A stretch of 64,000 nt of DNA, from positions 64,001-128,000 of the forward strand of contig JAHHIK010000003.1 in assembly GCA_019358935.1 (NCBI GenBank). The letters run 5' to 3'. The translations under genes and the position numbers were made by a program. How positions within the stretch are numbered: the stretch's first letter is position 1; each line of letters starts with the position of its first letter. Below, in pieces: positions 31,220 to 40,768 of the stretch. This stretch comes from Tolypothrix carrinoi HA7290-LM1 (GTDB lineage Bacteria > Cyanobacteriota > Cyanobacteriia > Cyanobacteriales > Nostocaceae). The notes under the pieces were generated by a model that saw only the letters and a list, made by a program, of their open reading frames with translations, ran no database searches and was not told the DNA's origin.

Positions 31220-31660
31220 TCAGTCCTTAGCGATCGCAATATCGCTGGACTTAATCAGCGCATATGCTTCTGTTCCCTCATATAGTTCTAAATCATCTGC
31301 TGATGCTGTGGTAATAACCGATGTTAACTCAACGTCGTGAATTACCTTTATCGTCACTTGACTGTTAACTTCTCCGCGAATAACTTCTTTTACCACACCT
31401 TTAAGAATATTGCGAGAGCTAACTTTTAAAGGTTTCTTTTGAGTACTAATTTCTCTTTTGGGAGTATCAGCATCTTTCTTCTTTGTTTGCTTGGTTGGTA
31501 GTGGTGCTGACGGTGGAGAGGAAAGCGCATTTAAACCCCGCACTAGTTCTCGCAAAATCTCCGTTTTAGTGCGCTGAGACTGCTGACAGAACTCTTCGAG
31601 AATTTTCCGTTCCTCGTCAGATGTTTGAAAAGTGATCCATCCTTGTTCTTTTCTTGGCAT
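31220..31660 (-). CDS. Ribbon-helix-helix plus TOBE molybdate-responsive regulator (cyanobacterial ModE-like)
   Basis: N-terminal WITFQTS.EE..ILE.FC....RTKTEILRELVR (RHH) and C-terminal VSSRN...LTSVIT...AYALIKS (TOBE). Confidence 0.85.
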   Translation of the reverse strand: MPRKEQGWITFQTSDEERKILEEFCQQSQRTKTEILRELVRGLNALSSPPSAPLPTKQTKKKDADTPKREISTQKKPLKVSSRNILKGVVKEVIRGEVNSQVTIKVIHDVELTSVITTASADDLELYEGTEAYALIKSSDIAIAKD

Positions 31661-31664
31661 AGTT

Positions 31665-31713
31665 TTACCAAATTTATTGGTAATTTATCAGTTGTGCTGG
31701 TAAGATACTACCA
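31665..31713. promoter_or_regulatory. Paired TACCA/TGGTA palindromes, candidate operators
   Basis: ttaccaa-attta-ttggtaa (31665-31683) and tggta-agatac-tacca (31698-31713) in the divergent regulator/modA promoter. Confidence 0.55.
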
Positions 31714-31751
31714 AGCGTTAATTTTACGCAAAAAGTTTCTTTAATTACAAT

Positions 31752-32146
31752 TTGACCATAAAAAGCAGACGATTTCTGGCTTTGATTAGCATAATGCTGG
31801 CAATTAACTTGCCGCTGCTAACTCCATCTTCTGTACTAGCACAATTTAACAGCACCTTGCTGGTATCAGTCACAGCGAGTTTAAAAGACGTGATGGAAGA
31901 AATTAAGCTGCTTTACCAACAAGCTAAACCCCATGTCAACATTAACTATAATTTTGGGGCTTGGGCGTGCTTTGTTGCAACAGATTCAGCAGGGGGTGCC
32001 AGCGGATGTCTTCATCTGGGAAGCGTCGAAGCAGGTGGATACTTCCAAGCAAGCAGGAAAGCTAGTTCTGTGGTACTCGCAGCATTTTAGCAAAAAACGG
32101 TCTAGTCTTGATAGTGCCAAAGAAAGTTGGCGGTATAACGATTTGA
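31752..32146 (+). pseudogene. modA: Molybdate-binding protein ModA, frameshifted and truncated
   Basis: Signal peptide, LLVSVTASLKDVMEEI...NINYNFGA, frameshift, ALLQQIQQGVPADVFI, frameshift, GTRSILAKNGLVLIVPK, then the gene ends. Confidence 0.85.
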
Positions 32147-32154
32147 TTTGATTG

Positions 32155-32316
32155 CTAGCTTCTGTCTGCTTCCCAGAATAATAATAAACCACCGATAAAA
32201 ACCACAAGGAAAGCGACTGGAAATATATTTCCATTTACTATTGCTGAACTAAATACGGCTGCTATTAAACTGATGCCAAACACGATAATTACCAAACCTA
32301 AAGATTTTCTTACCAT
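32155..32316 (-). CDS. 53-aa two-TM membrane protein, below the ORF-track cutoff
   Basis: Hand translation: MVRKSLGLVIIVFGISLIAAVFSSAIVNGNIFPVAFLVVFIGGLLLFWEADRS*. AAGGG upstream. Confidence 0.55.
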   Translation of the reverse strand: MVRKSLGLVIIVFGISLIAAVFSSAIVNGNIFPVAFLVVFIGGLLLFWEADRS

Positions 32317-32375
32317 AGATTTCAAACACCCTTGAAATATTTATGCAAGTTTTAGCTTTTCAGAAGCTAGCGATA

Positions 32376-32483
32376 TATAGCGGTTCTGGTGTTGGATGCA
32401 ATACACAACGATACGCACTCTTGGACAATTCATCAATTGTCCCTACGATCCGAATATATTTGACGCAAGTGAGAACCGCTATA
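32376..32483. mobile_element. MITE-like element carrying a degenerate REP-like palindrome
   Basis: 12-bp perfect TIR tatagcggttct...agaaccgctata with internal ggacaattcatcaattgtccctac. Confidence 0.65.
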
Positions 32484-32771
32484 ATTAAACCTTCATATTC
32501 AGCGTAAACATTATCAAATTGAAATGCTAACATCTAAGCAACCGTCTTAGAGACGTTTTGTCGGAACGTCTTGACAATATGTGTGATTTGCAGGACATGA
32601 GATAATTTTAAAAATACCTGAAATCAGATATAGAACTTTGTATAATTAATGTCTTTATGACAAAAAGTCTTCTATAAATTACCAGAGTTTTTAGCTTTCA
32701 CTATCAGGCAAAAGATTTCTGGCATAAATCTCGATAATTATTATTTAAAACCACAGATGCACACAGATAAT

Positions 32772-34343
32772 TCACTCTGTTTTTACCTGTCTTTCTAGAA
32801 ACCACGCTAACGCCGCTAATCCTAATAATAATGGTGTCAACCAATCACCCCAACGTACATAAAAAGTTTGCGTTTGTCGGCGATAAATTGTTTCGACGTG
32901 AGTTTCGTAGGTATTGTGTCCAGATATCCACAAAGTTCTGCCGTGAGGATTAATAAAAGCTGAATATCCCGTATTCGTCGCTCGCACTCCCCATCTATCA
33001 GTTTCAATTGCCCGCATGATATCTTGGGCATGGTGTTGAGCGGGCATGGCAGCGCTGTAATGGGCATCGTTAGAAGGGCTAAGTATAAATTGTCCACCTG
33101 CGGCAGCTTGACGGCGGAATTGTTCGGAAAAAGCAGATTCGTAACAGATTCCGACAATAGCACGACCAAAAGGTGTGTTAAATACTTGATTTGGTGAGCC
33201 GGGAACTTGGTGTTCGTCTAAAGGTGACAAACGCTGAATAATACCGCCTAAAATTTCCTCAAAGGGAACATACTCGCCAATAGGAACTAACTTTGCTTTG
33301 TCGTAACGGCTGAAAATTTCTCCGTTACCAGTAAAGGTAAATAAGCTATTTGTATAACTGCGTCCCCGTTCTCCAAAAGCACCAATCCAAGCAACTATGC
33401 CTTTTTCTCGTATTGCTGAAAGAAGGGAAGTTTCCTTTAAGTCACGCTGGAAAAAAGGTAAGGCTCCTTCTGGGGTTAAAACTGCATTTATACCTTGATT
33501 TGCTAATGTTAAATATCCAGTGGTGTAACCTTCAATAGCGCGACGAAAACCTTCAGGATAAAGTTTGATTTCGTTGGGGACATTGCCTTGAATAATTCCC
33601 ACTTTTAAAGCGGTTTCTGGTGGTTGCGCGAGGGGACGGCTGTATAAACTAAAGCCGATGAGATGGATAATAAGGCAAAAGGCAAAAGGCAAAAGGTAAA
33701 AGTAAAAATTCTTTCTTCTACCTTCTACCTTTTTACTTTTTCCTTGTATCCAAGCTTCTGCAAGCAAGCCATTCACGGCGACAATTGAGAAAGTCACCGC
33801 ACTTGAACCTGAAAGTTGACCTAAATGTAAAATTACGAGATTATGCGGGCTTTGAGTGTAAGAAAGAGAACTCCAATATAAAGCGCCATTACTCCAAAGT
33901 GATTCTAAGCCGCACCAAAGGGCTGTACCAATGAGAACGCGAGTAAATTTATTTTGGCTGGAAATCGTTCTCATAGCGATCGCCCAAATAGCGACTAATG
34001 CGGCGCCCCACAAAGTAATGAATGTCCAACAAAATAAGGCTATTCCCAAACTCGCCAACCAAGGAACGCCCATCCAAGTCATCGGATGAATTCCAGTAAT
34101 CCAGGATAGGGCAAGACCGTGATAACCTATACCCCAAGCGAGGGCGAGGAGGAGGGGGGGAGGGGAAGATGAGGTTTTTGGCTGTGCAGAATTGACAATT
34201 AATACCCACAGGGGGGCAAGGGCAATCCAAGCTAAGAACCATACGTTAAATGGGGCAACGGTAAGCCCCATCAAAATACCGCTAATTAAAGCAGCCATGA
34301 GTTTTGAGTTATGAGTTTTGAATTGGAAATTTTTTAAACTCAT
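32772..34343 (-). CDS. lnt: Apolipoprotein N-acyltransferase
   Basis: IQGNVP, TPEGA, YDKAKLVPIGEY, ICYESAF, SNDA, RAIE...RATNTGYS. Alternative start at 34298. Confidence 0.93.
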   Translation of the reverse strand: MSLKNFQFKTHNSKLMAALISGILMGLTVAPFNVWFLAWIALAPLWVLIVNSAQPKTSSSPPPLLLALAWGIGYHGLALSWITGIHPMTWMGVPWLASLGIALFCWTFITLWGAALVAIWAIAMRTISSQNKFTRVLIGTALWCGLESLWSNGALYWSSLSYTQSPHNLVILHLGQLSGSSAVTFSIVAVNGLLAEAWIQGKSKKVEGRRKNFYFYLLPFAFCLIIHLIGFSLYSRPLAQPPETALKVGIIQGNVPNEIKLYPEGFRRAIEGYTTGYLTLANQGINAVLTPEGALPFFQRDLKETSLLSAIREKGIVAWIGAFGERGRSYTNSLFTFTGNGEIFSRYDKAKLVPIGEYVPFEEILGGIIQRLSPLDEHQVPGSPNQVFNTPFGRAIVGICYESAFSEQFRRQAAAGGQFILSPSNDAHYSAAMPAQHHAQDIMRAIETDRWGVRATNTGYSAFINPHGRTLWISGHNTYETHVETIYRRQTQTFYVRWGDWLTPLLLGLAALAWFLERQVKTE

Positions 34344-34395
34344 AACTCTTAACTCCTAACTCCTAACTCCTAACTCCGCTCTTCCTAACTCCTAA
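34299..34395. repeat. STRR-type heptamer arrays (TGAGTTN and CTCCTAA) in inverted arrangement
   Basis: tgagttt tgagtta tgagttt followed by (aactcct)n at the gyrA-lnt junction. Confidence 0.75.
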
Positions 34396-37011
34396 CTATT
34401 CCACCTCTGCTACATCAACAGTATCGGGTGCAACATCACCACTATCGGGGGGAACGATCGCTACTCCGGTAATTGCGTCCTCTTCGTCTAAACGCTGCAC
34501 TCGCACTCCAGTGGCAGATCGCGATTGGACAGAAATGGCATTTGTCGCTTGTCGGATAATAATACCGCGATTAGTAACCATCATGATTTCATCGTCGCTG
34601 TTGACGATGTGCAAAGCCGCCAATTTGTCTTTGGTTTTCCGGTTTTTGAACTTGGTTGCCATTAAACCTTGACCGGCACGATTTTGCAAGCGGAATTGAG
34701 CAACTGGGACGCGCTTGCCATATCCCCCCATTGTAATGACCAACACCCAAGGACCAATACTGCCGTTAGCGGGAATTTCTTGTGATTCTTCTTCAGCGAT
34801 GATTTCTTCTGTTTCGATATCCTCGTTCAGGTCAACTTCTGTCTCTGTAACCGTATCCAAGGTGTCAAGAATTGCGGCTGGTAAAATTGCCATACCCACC
34901 AGTTCATCGCCTTTCTTTAGCTTCATGGCTTTGACTCCACGAGTTGCCCTACCTAGAGGACGCAATTGCTCTTGGCTACAGCGAAAGTGAATTGCCATAC
35001 CGAGACGAGAACCAATGATGATGCTGTCTTCTACTCTAGCGCGTCCTACCCAGCGGAGTTGGTCGCCTTCTTCGAGAGATATGGCTATTAAGCCGTTGGC
35101 ACGAATGTTGCTAAATGCTTCCAATGCGGTTTTCTTGATGTTGCCGCCTTTGGTGAGCATTACCAGGTATTCGTCGCTGCTAAACTCGGAAACGGGGACG
35201 ATAGAAGTGATTTTTTCCTCTTTGGGAATCGGCAGCATTTGCACGATTGGTGTACCGCGACTTGTACGGGAACTGACGGGAATTTGATATGCTTTGACGC
35301 AGTAAACAACTCCGCGATCGCTAAAAAATAAAACACTGTCGTGATCGCAGCAACTCAAGAAATGCTCAACGGTGTCATCATCTTTCACTTTGGCGGCAGC
35401 TTTACCTCTGGTTGCACGATTTTGCGCTTCAAAGGTATTCACTGGCATTCGTTTGATGTAACCTTGTTTAGTAATCAAAATAATCGCTTTTTCATTGGCG
35501 ATCAAATCAAGGTCATCTAATTCGCCTTCACCTAATGAAATTACCGTGCGGCGCGGTGTGGCATGAGTTGCTTTTATTTGGGTGATTTCGGTTTCAATGA
35601 TTTCTAAAATCCGTTCCCGCCGTGCCAATATATCTTGCAAGTCGGCAATTTGATTTTGTAAATCTTCGTGTTCCAGGCGAATTTTATCTGCTTCTAGTGC
35701 TGTTAAACGTCGCAGTTGCATTTGCAAAATTGCGTCCGCTTGCACTTCTGAAAGTCCGTAAGTTGTGATTAACTCACCTTTTGCTGTGGGCGCATCCGGT
35801 GCATGACGAATTAAGTTAATAATTGCGTCTAAATGTGATAGGGCAATTAATAACCCTTGTAACAGATGATCGCGTTCTTCAGCTTTCCGCAGTTCGTACT
35901 GTGTGCGTCTGGTAATCGCTTCGATGCGAAAATCTAAAAAGACGCTTAAGAACTGTTTGAGGGTCAGAACTTGGGGTTCGGAATTTACCAACGCCAACAT
36001 ATTCGCGCCAAAGTTGGCTTGCAAAGGCGTTTGTTTGTAGAGATTGTTTAAGACGACGCGGGGATAAGCATCGCGTTTGAGTTCAATGACGATTCGCATT
36101 CCATCGCGATCGCTTTCATCCCGAATATCTGCAATTCCCTCTAAGCGCTTTTCGTTCACCATTTCGGCGATTCTTTCAATTAACGCCGCTTTGTTGGTTT
36201 GGTAGGGCAGTTCGGTGATGATAATCGCTTCTCTATCCGGGCGTCCGCGCTGTTCTACGGTTTCAATTGTAGCTACGCCCCGCATGGTTATCGAACCGCG
36301 TCCGGTGGTGTAAGCTTCTTTAATTGCTGCTGTTCCCAGAATCTGCGCTCCCGTAGGAAAGTCGGGACCGTGGATATATTGCATTAACTGGATATCAGTG
36401 ATTTCCGGGTTGTGGATTAAAGCTACAAAACCATCAATCAATTCGCCCAAGTTGTGGGGAGGGATGTTAGTTGCCATCCCTACGGCAATCCCAGAGGAAC
36501 CGTTGAGTAGTAATTGGGGAATACGTGACGGTAGGACTGTCGGTTCTTGTTGGGAACCGTCGAAGTTATCGATAAAGTCTACGGTTTCCGATTCGATGTC
36601 TTGGAGTAGGGCAGCGCTGGTTAAAGCTTGCAAGCGACATTCAGTGTAACGCATTGCCGCTGGTGGGTCGTTGTCTACTGAACCGAAGTTACCATGCCCG
36701 TTGACCAGAGGCGATCGCATCGAAAAATCTTGCGCCATCCGCACCAAAGCATCATACACTGCCGTGTCGCCGTGGGGGTGATATTTACCCAACACTTCCC
36801 CGACTACACGGGCGCATTTTTTAAAAGGACGGTCTGCGGTTAACCCCAACTCATGCATGGCATAGAGGATGCGGCGATGCACAGGTTTCAGACCATCCCT
36901 GGCATCTGGCAATGCCCTACCTACAATTACGCTCATCGCGTATTCCAGATAAGACCGGGACATTTCGTTCCGCAGATCGGTGGGGATTATCCTATCCTGG
37001 GAATAAGTCAT
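34396..37011 (-). CDS. gyrA: DNA gyrase subunit A
   Basis: [43 protein letters not shown] (catalytic Tyr), C-terminal pinwheel repeats. Confidence 0.97.
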   Translation of the reverse strand: MTYSQDRIIPTDLRNEMSRSYLEYAMSVIVGRALPDARDGLKPVHRRILYAMHELGLTADRPFKKCARVVGEVLGKYHPHGDTAVYDALVRMAQDFSMRSPLVNGHGNFGSVDNDPPAAMRYTECRLQALTSAALLQDIESETVDFIDNFDGSQQEPTVLPSRIPQLLLNGSSGIAVGMATNIPPHNLGELIDGFVALIHNPEITDIQLMQYIHGPDFPTGAQILGTAAIKEAYTTGRGSITMRGVATIETVEQRGRPDREAIIITELPYQTNKAALIERIAEMVNEKRLEGIADIRDESDRDGMRIVIELKRDAYPRVVLNNLYKQTPLQANFGANMLALVNSEPQVLTLKQFLSVFLDFRIEAITRRTQYELRKAEERDHLLQGLLIALSHLDAIINLIRHAPDAPTAKGELITTYGLSEVQADAILQMQLRRLTALEADKIRLEHEDLQNQIADLQDILARRERILEIIETEITQIKATHATPRRTVISLGEGELDDLDLIANEKAIILITKQGYIKRMPVNTFEAQNRATRGKAAAKVKDDDTVEHFLSCCDHDSVLFFSDRGVVYCVKAYQIPVSSRTSRGTPIVQMLPIPKEEKITSIVPVSEFSSDEYLVMLTKGGNIKKTALEAFSNIRANGLIAISLEEGDQLRWVGRARVEDSIIIGSRLGMAIHFRCSQEQLRPLGRATRGVKAMKLKKGDELVGMAILPAAILDTLDTVTETEVDLNEDIETEEIIAEEESQEIPANGSIGPWVLVITMGGYGKRVPVAQFRLQNRAGQGLMATKFKNRKTKDKLAALHIVNSDDEIMMVTNRGIIIRQATNAISVQSRSATGVRVQRLDEEDAITGVAIVPPDSGDVAPDTVDVAEVE

Positions 37012-37162
37012 ATAACCTTAAAAAACTCCAAAAGTGGCAGATTTTCGCTTTGTTAATTCAGTAAACGCCGAATTATTCTAAATTTGTCTTGAATAATGGC
37101 AATTATTTGTTAAAATTCTAGCACATTTTGCCTTCGTTTGCCGGGATTAGGGACTCTTTACT

Positions 37163-37305
37163 GGGGAGACAAGGAGACAAGGGGACAGGGAGACAAGGGG
37201 ACAAGGGGGCAGGGGGCAGGGGGCAGGGGGCAGGGGGCAGGGGGCAGGGGGAGTTTGCCTCTTCGTCTCCCTTGTCTCCCTTGTCCCCCCCTCCCCTCTC
37301 CCCCT
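37163..37305. repeat. GC-rich heptamer/octamer tandem repeats forming an inverted pair
   Basis: ggagacaa/ggggacaa units and about six GGGGGCA-like units, followed by complementary cttgtctcc units. Confidence 0.85.
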
Positions 37306-38599
37306 AATCTTCTTGACGGGATTCGGAGGATTTGAGTTGAGATGCAATCAAGGGAACTTTAGGGGCAAGAAAAAATCCCATCAAACTGGCAAAGAGAATC
37401 GGTGTCATGGGACTGAAGTTAGTTAATTTTGACAGCAGCAAAGTTGTACTTACAGGTGTGCGCGTCACTGCTGCATTGATAGCAGCCATTGTACAAATCA
37501 TTGCCAGCGCCGGATTAATTCCTGGAATTAAAATTGCGATCGCTTTGCCGATACAAGCACCAGTAAAGAATAAAGGTATGATAAATCCACCACGCCACCC
37601 ACCTGTAACGGTAAGGCTAATCGCAGCCATTTTACCCAAAGCAAGAGTTAAGAGGAAAACAGCATCAAAGTTAGTATTAACGACAGATTCTAACTCTTCA
37701 TGCCCAAAATAACGAGTTAGCGGCAATATTGCGGCTAAACAGCCTAATGCGAATCCTGCTAGTGTTGTGCGTAAATAAATTGGTCCGGGAATCTGGGTGT
37801 ATAGGCGATCGCAAAAGCGAAAAATGCCGATGAAAATCCATCCTGCTACTGCCCCAATCATCCCAAACAAAATAGCGAAAGCAAAATCATCAATGTTTTC
37901 TAGCTGGTAGTTGGGGAAATGCCAAGTTGGGGCAATTCCCAAGTGTGTAATTGCCGCAAACACCACATAACTAGCACAACTCGAAACAATCGCTGGCATC
38001 AGCGCTTCGTAGTACTCGACAATATGCTGATGGTGTAAAATCTCTAAGGCGAACATCGCACCACCAAGAGGTGCGCCAAATAAGGCAGTAAAACCCGCAG
38101 CCATTGCTGCTAAACTCATAGTTCTGAGGTCTTCACCTTGAAGTTGCCAGCGATCGGCAATCCAAGTACCAAAAGAACCTGTAACCTGTACCAGTGGTGC
38201 TTCAGGTCCTGCACTGCCGCCTGCCGCTATACTCACTAAAGAAGCCAGAATCATTGAAGGATTTTTGCGAGCATCCAGCCGTCCGCCGCGAAAATGGATA
38301 TTATCGACAATTACGGCGATTTCACCAGGATTTCCGAGAAAATGAATCACCAGCCCGATAACTAAACCAGCAGAAGGCATTATTATCAACAAACTCAGAC
38401 CGTTAAATCGTTGCAGTTGGTGAGTAATTAGTTCTAGAACATTCCAGTAGAAAGCAGCAAATAAACCACAAACAGTCCCCACAACTGCCCAACGTAAAAC
38501 CCACCGCGAAATCATCAGCGGATTACGTCTTAGCAGTCCAAAAAGCTGAGAAAGTGTCCAACGTTGAATTTGATCGGAATTGTTACGCTTTGGTAGCAC
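37304..38599 (-). CDS. ClC-family chloride channel protein
   Basis: GGSAGPEAP, AAGFTALFGAPLGGAMFALE, GWRGGFIIPLF. Confidence 0.88.
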   Translation of the reverse strand: MLPKRNNSDQIQRWTLSQLFGLLRRNPLMISRWVLRWAVVGTVCGLFAAFYWNVLELITHQLQRFNGLSLLIIMPSAGLVIGLVIHFLGNPGEIAVIVDNIHFRGGRLDARKNPSMILASLVSIAAGGSAGPEAPLVQVTGSFGTWIADRWQLQGEDLRTMSLAAMAAGFTALFGAPLGGAMFALEILHHQHIVEYYEALMPAIVSSCASYVVFAAITHLGIAPTWHFPNYQLENIDDFAFAILFGMIGAVAGWIFIGIFRFCDRLYTQIPGPIYLRTTLAGFALGCLAAILPLTRYFGHEELESVVNTNFDAVFLLTLALGKMAAISLTVTGGWRGGFIIPLFFTGACIGKAIAILIPGINPALAMICTMAAINAAVTRTPVSTTLLLSKLTNFSPMTPILFASLMGFFLAPKVPLIASQLKSSESRQED

Positions 38600-38842
38600 T
38601 GCTGATTTCCTATCTAATCGATAAAATGTAATATAAGATACCGAATTGTTCTGCTTTTTATGTTTTATACCATTTCCTTTGGTGTATTATCTTCCAGCTA
38701 AAGGAGGGTTGACTGAATAATTATTAATTCATAATTCATAATTAAAAAATGGGTACAAGCCCCACTAAATTTTTGATGAGCGTGGTCTTCACTATAAGTG
38801 GAGAGTAACTGCGATCCACTGATTGTAATTATGAATTATTAA

Positions 38843-38938
38843 TAGGACTTACGCACCCACTAAAGTCTTGTAGGGGCAATTCATGAATTGCCCCTACATA
38901 AATTCAATGGTGACGACGACATGAGTGCGTAAGTTTTA
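38843..38938. mobile_element. TA-flanked MITE-like element carrying a perfect 28-bp REP-like palindrome
   Basis: TIR taggacttacgcac...gtgcgtaagtttta with internal gtaggggcaattcatgaattgcccctac (38870-38897). Confidence 0.65.
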
Positions 38939-39072
38939 ATTAATTATTAGTTATGAATTATTTTGATTTTCTGTGCCTTATCCGGTCATCTTGGTAATTT
39001 AAGCCCCAAGATAGTGTGTGTCTCATCGCAGCAGAGTTTAAGCTGAGGCGTAAGTTCTATAGGGCAAAAATT

Positions 39073-39285
39073 ATGACTGAGGAAAAACATATTAATCAAG
39101 CTGAAAAGATGAATCCAGAGGAGGATGCGCCAGAATTAAGTCCAGAGGTGTTGGACACGATCAAACATCCGCCCAATATTGAAGATGTGTTACGGGAACT
39201 ACCACCAGAAGAACTTCGAGGTATGCCCGGTGTAGTACCGGAAATGCTTGATGAACCAAACGATGAAATGAGTGGTATGAGTTAA
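39073..39285 (+). CDS. Small acidic hypothetical protein (70 aa)
   Basis: ATG at 39073 preceded by AGGG; E/D/P-rich. Confidence 0.55.
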   Translation: MTEEKHINQAEKMNPEEDAPELSPEVLDTIKHPPNIEDVLRELPPEELRGMPGVVPEMLDEPNDEMSGMS

Positions 39286-39515
39286 CAATAGTACAATTCG
39301 TCAACAAAAACGCCCGCAGGCGCGAGATTCCTGGGGCTACCATAACAAAGCCTGCGCTCGTCTGGCTGTGAGTTTTTCAGCCTGCGCTCGTCTGGCTTTG
39401 TCCGTGTAGCGATACCCTTACAGGGTATTGCTGCAACATCAAAATACTCTATACAAACCTTTTATTAAAGATACAATTGAAACCGCTGTATCCTGCTGCC
39501 CACTTTGCTGACGCT

Positions 39516-40433
39516 ATGTTCCCAGTTATCTATAGTAGCGAGTTTTTGGAACACAAAACTGGATATCTCCATCCAGAGAAGCCAGAAAGGTTAACAGCGA
39601 TCGCTTCCGCTATCAAAGCAGCTGCGTTTGCAGAACAAATTGAATGGCGATCGCCTACACCAGCATCTCAAGCGCTTGATTTGATGTCTGTTCTACAACA
39701 AGCACACACTCCGCGCTACATTCAAAAAGTCCAACAAATCGCTGAAGAAGGCGGTGGTTATTTGGATGGAGATACGCCAATTTCCCCGCGCAGCTATGAT
39801 GTAGCGTTATTGGCAGCGAGTGCTTGGGTGGATGGAATTAATGCTGTGCTAGCAAATCAAAATCCCGCTTTTGTGCTAGCGCGTCCACCGGGACACCACG
39901 CCGAAAGTGATGCGGGGATGGGGTTTTGCTTATTTTCTAATGCAGCGATCGCCGCTTTTTACGCTTTACAACAACCGGAAATTCAACGTGTCGCCATTCT
40001 GGATTGGGATGTGCATCATGGTAATGGTACACAGGCGATCGTTGAAACAAGCAAGCAGATTGCTTTCTGTTCGCTACATCAATACCCCTGCTATCCCGGT
40101 ACTGGCAGAGCCACAGAACGCGGTTTTCATGATAACGTCTTAAACTTACCCGTTCCTCCGGGTAGCGATTTGGCAGTATATCAGCCACTATTTGAAAAAA
40201 AGATAATTCCTTTTTTATCCAACTTTCAGCCAGATTTACTGATTGTCAGTGCTGGTTATGATGGTAACGCTGACGATCCTTTAGCAATGATTAATTTACA
40301 ACCAAAAGATTATGGTTTGTTTACCGATTATTGTTTAGGATTAACTCGAAAAATTCTTTTTGGCTTAGAAGGTGGCTATGATTTTAAAACACTATCTCAA
40401 TCAGTAGTCGCCACAATAGAACGTTGTTTATAA
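39516..40433 (+). CDS. Histone deacetylase family protein
   Basis: HPEKPERL, RPPGHHA, MGFCLFSN, DWDVHHGNGTQ, SAGYD...DPL, LEGGY. Confidence 0.93.
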   Translation: MFPVIYSSEFLEHKTGYLHPEKPERLTAIASAIKAAAFAEQIEWRSPTPASQALDLMSVLQQAHTPRYIQKVQQIAEEGGGYLDGDTPISPRSYDVALLAASAWVDGINAVLANQNPAFVLARPPGHHAESDAGMGFCLFSNAAIAAFYALQQPEIQRVAILDWDVHHGNGTQAIVETSKQIAFCSLHQYPCYPGTGRATERGFHDNVLNLPVPPGSDLAVYQPLFEKKIIPFLSNFQPDLLIVSAGYDGNADDPLAMINLQPKDYGLFTDYCLGLTRKILFGLEGGYDFKTLSQSVVATIERCL

Positions 40434-40470
40434 CCGTAGTAAGCGTTTCAACGCTTATTTTGGGCACTTA

Positions 40471-40673
40471 CAGCAATTTTCATGTATTTAGACCACACTC
40501 TTGTTTCTTTATTTCTTCCTTTGCGCCTTTGCGCGGCAGTCGCTACAACGGGGGGAACCCCAACGCCAGGTGCTTCAAGCCGGGAAACCCGTCCAACGCA
40601 CTGGCTCCGCAACGCGCTGCCTTGCCTTTGCGTGAGATAAAAACAATGTGGTTTATTTACCTGAAAATAGCTG
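40471..40673. mobile_element. MITE with TA target duplication and nested small repeats
   Basis: Imperfect 27-bp TIR cagcaattttcatgtatttagaccaca...tgtggtttatttacctgaaaatagctg, with TA at 40469-70 and 40674-75. Removing it restores gggcacttaagtgcccactac, which is intact near 40735-40756. Confidence 0.85.
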
Positions 40674-40768
40674 TAAGTGCCCACTACAATAGAACGTTTT
40701 TTATTACCGTAGTAAGCGTTTTAACGCTTATTAAGGGCACTTAAGTGCCCACTACAAATACTTTCGCG

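Noticed and set aside
34780..34870. Acidic insertion in the GyrA C-terminal domain and non-canonical GyrA-box (QNRATRG)
   Set aside because: As far as I recall these are general features of cyanobacterial GyrA, and there are no intein motifs.
34715..36649. Plus-strand ORFs opposite gyrA, and similar antisense ORFs opposite nifH, ClC, comB and others
   Set aside because: Shadow frames of conserved genes, with no motifs or RBS.
37138..37347. 65-66-aa ORFs on both strands
   Set aside because: They are translations of heptamer/octamer tandem repeats.
40424..40744. 106-aa and 78-aa ORFs after the deacetylase gene
   Set aside because: Fully explained by the nested repeat and MITE structure.
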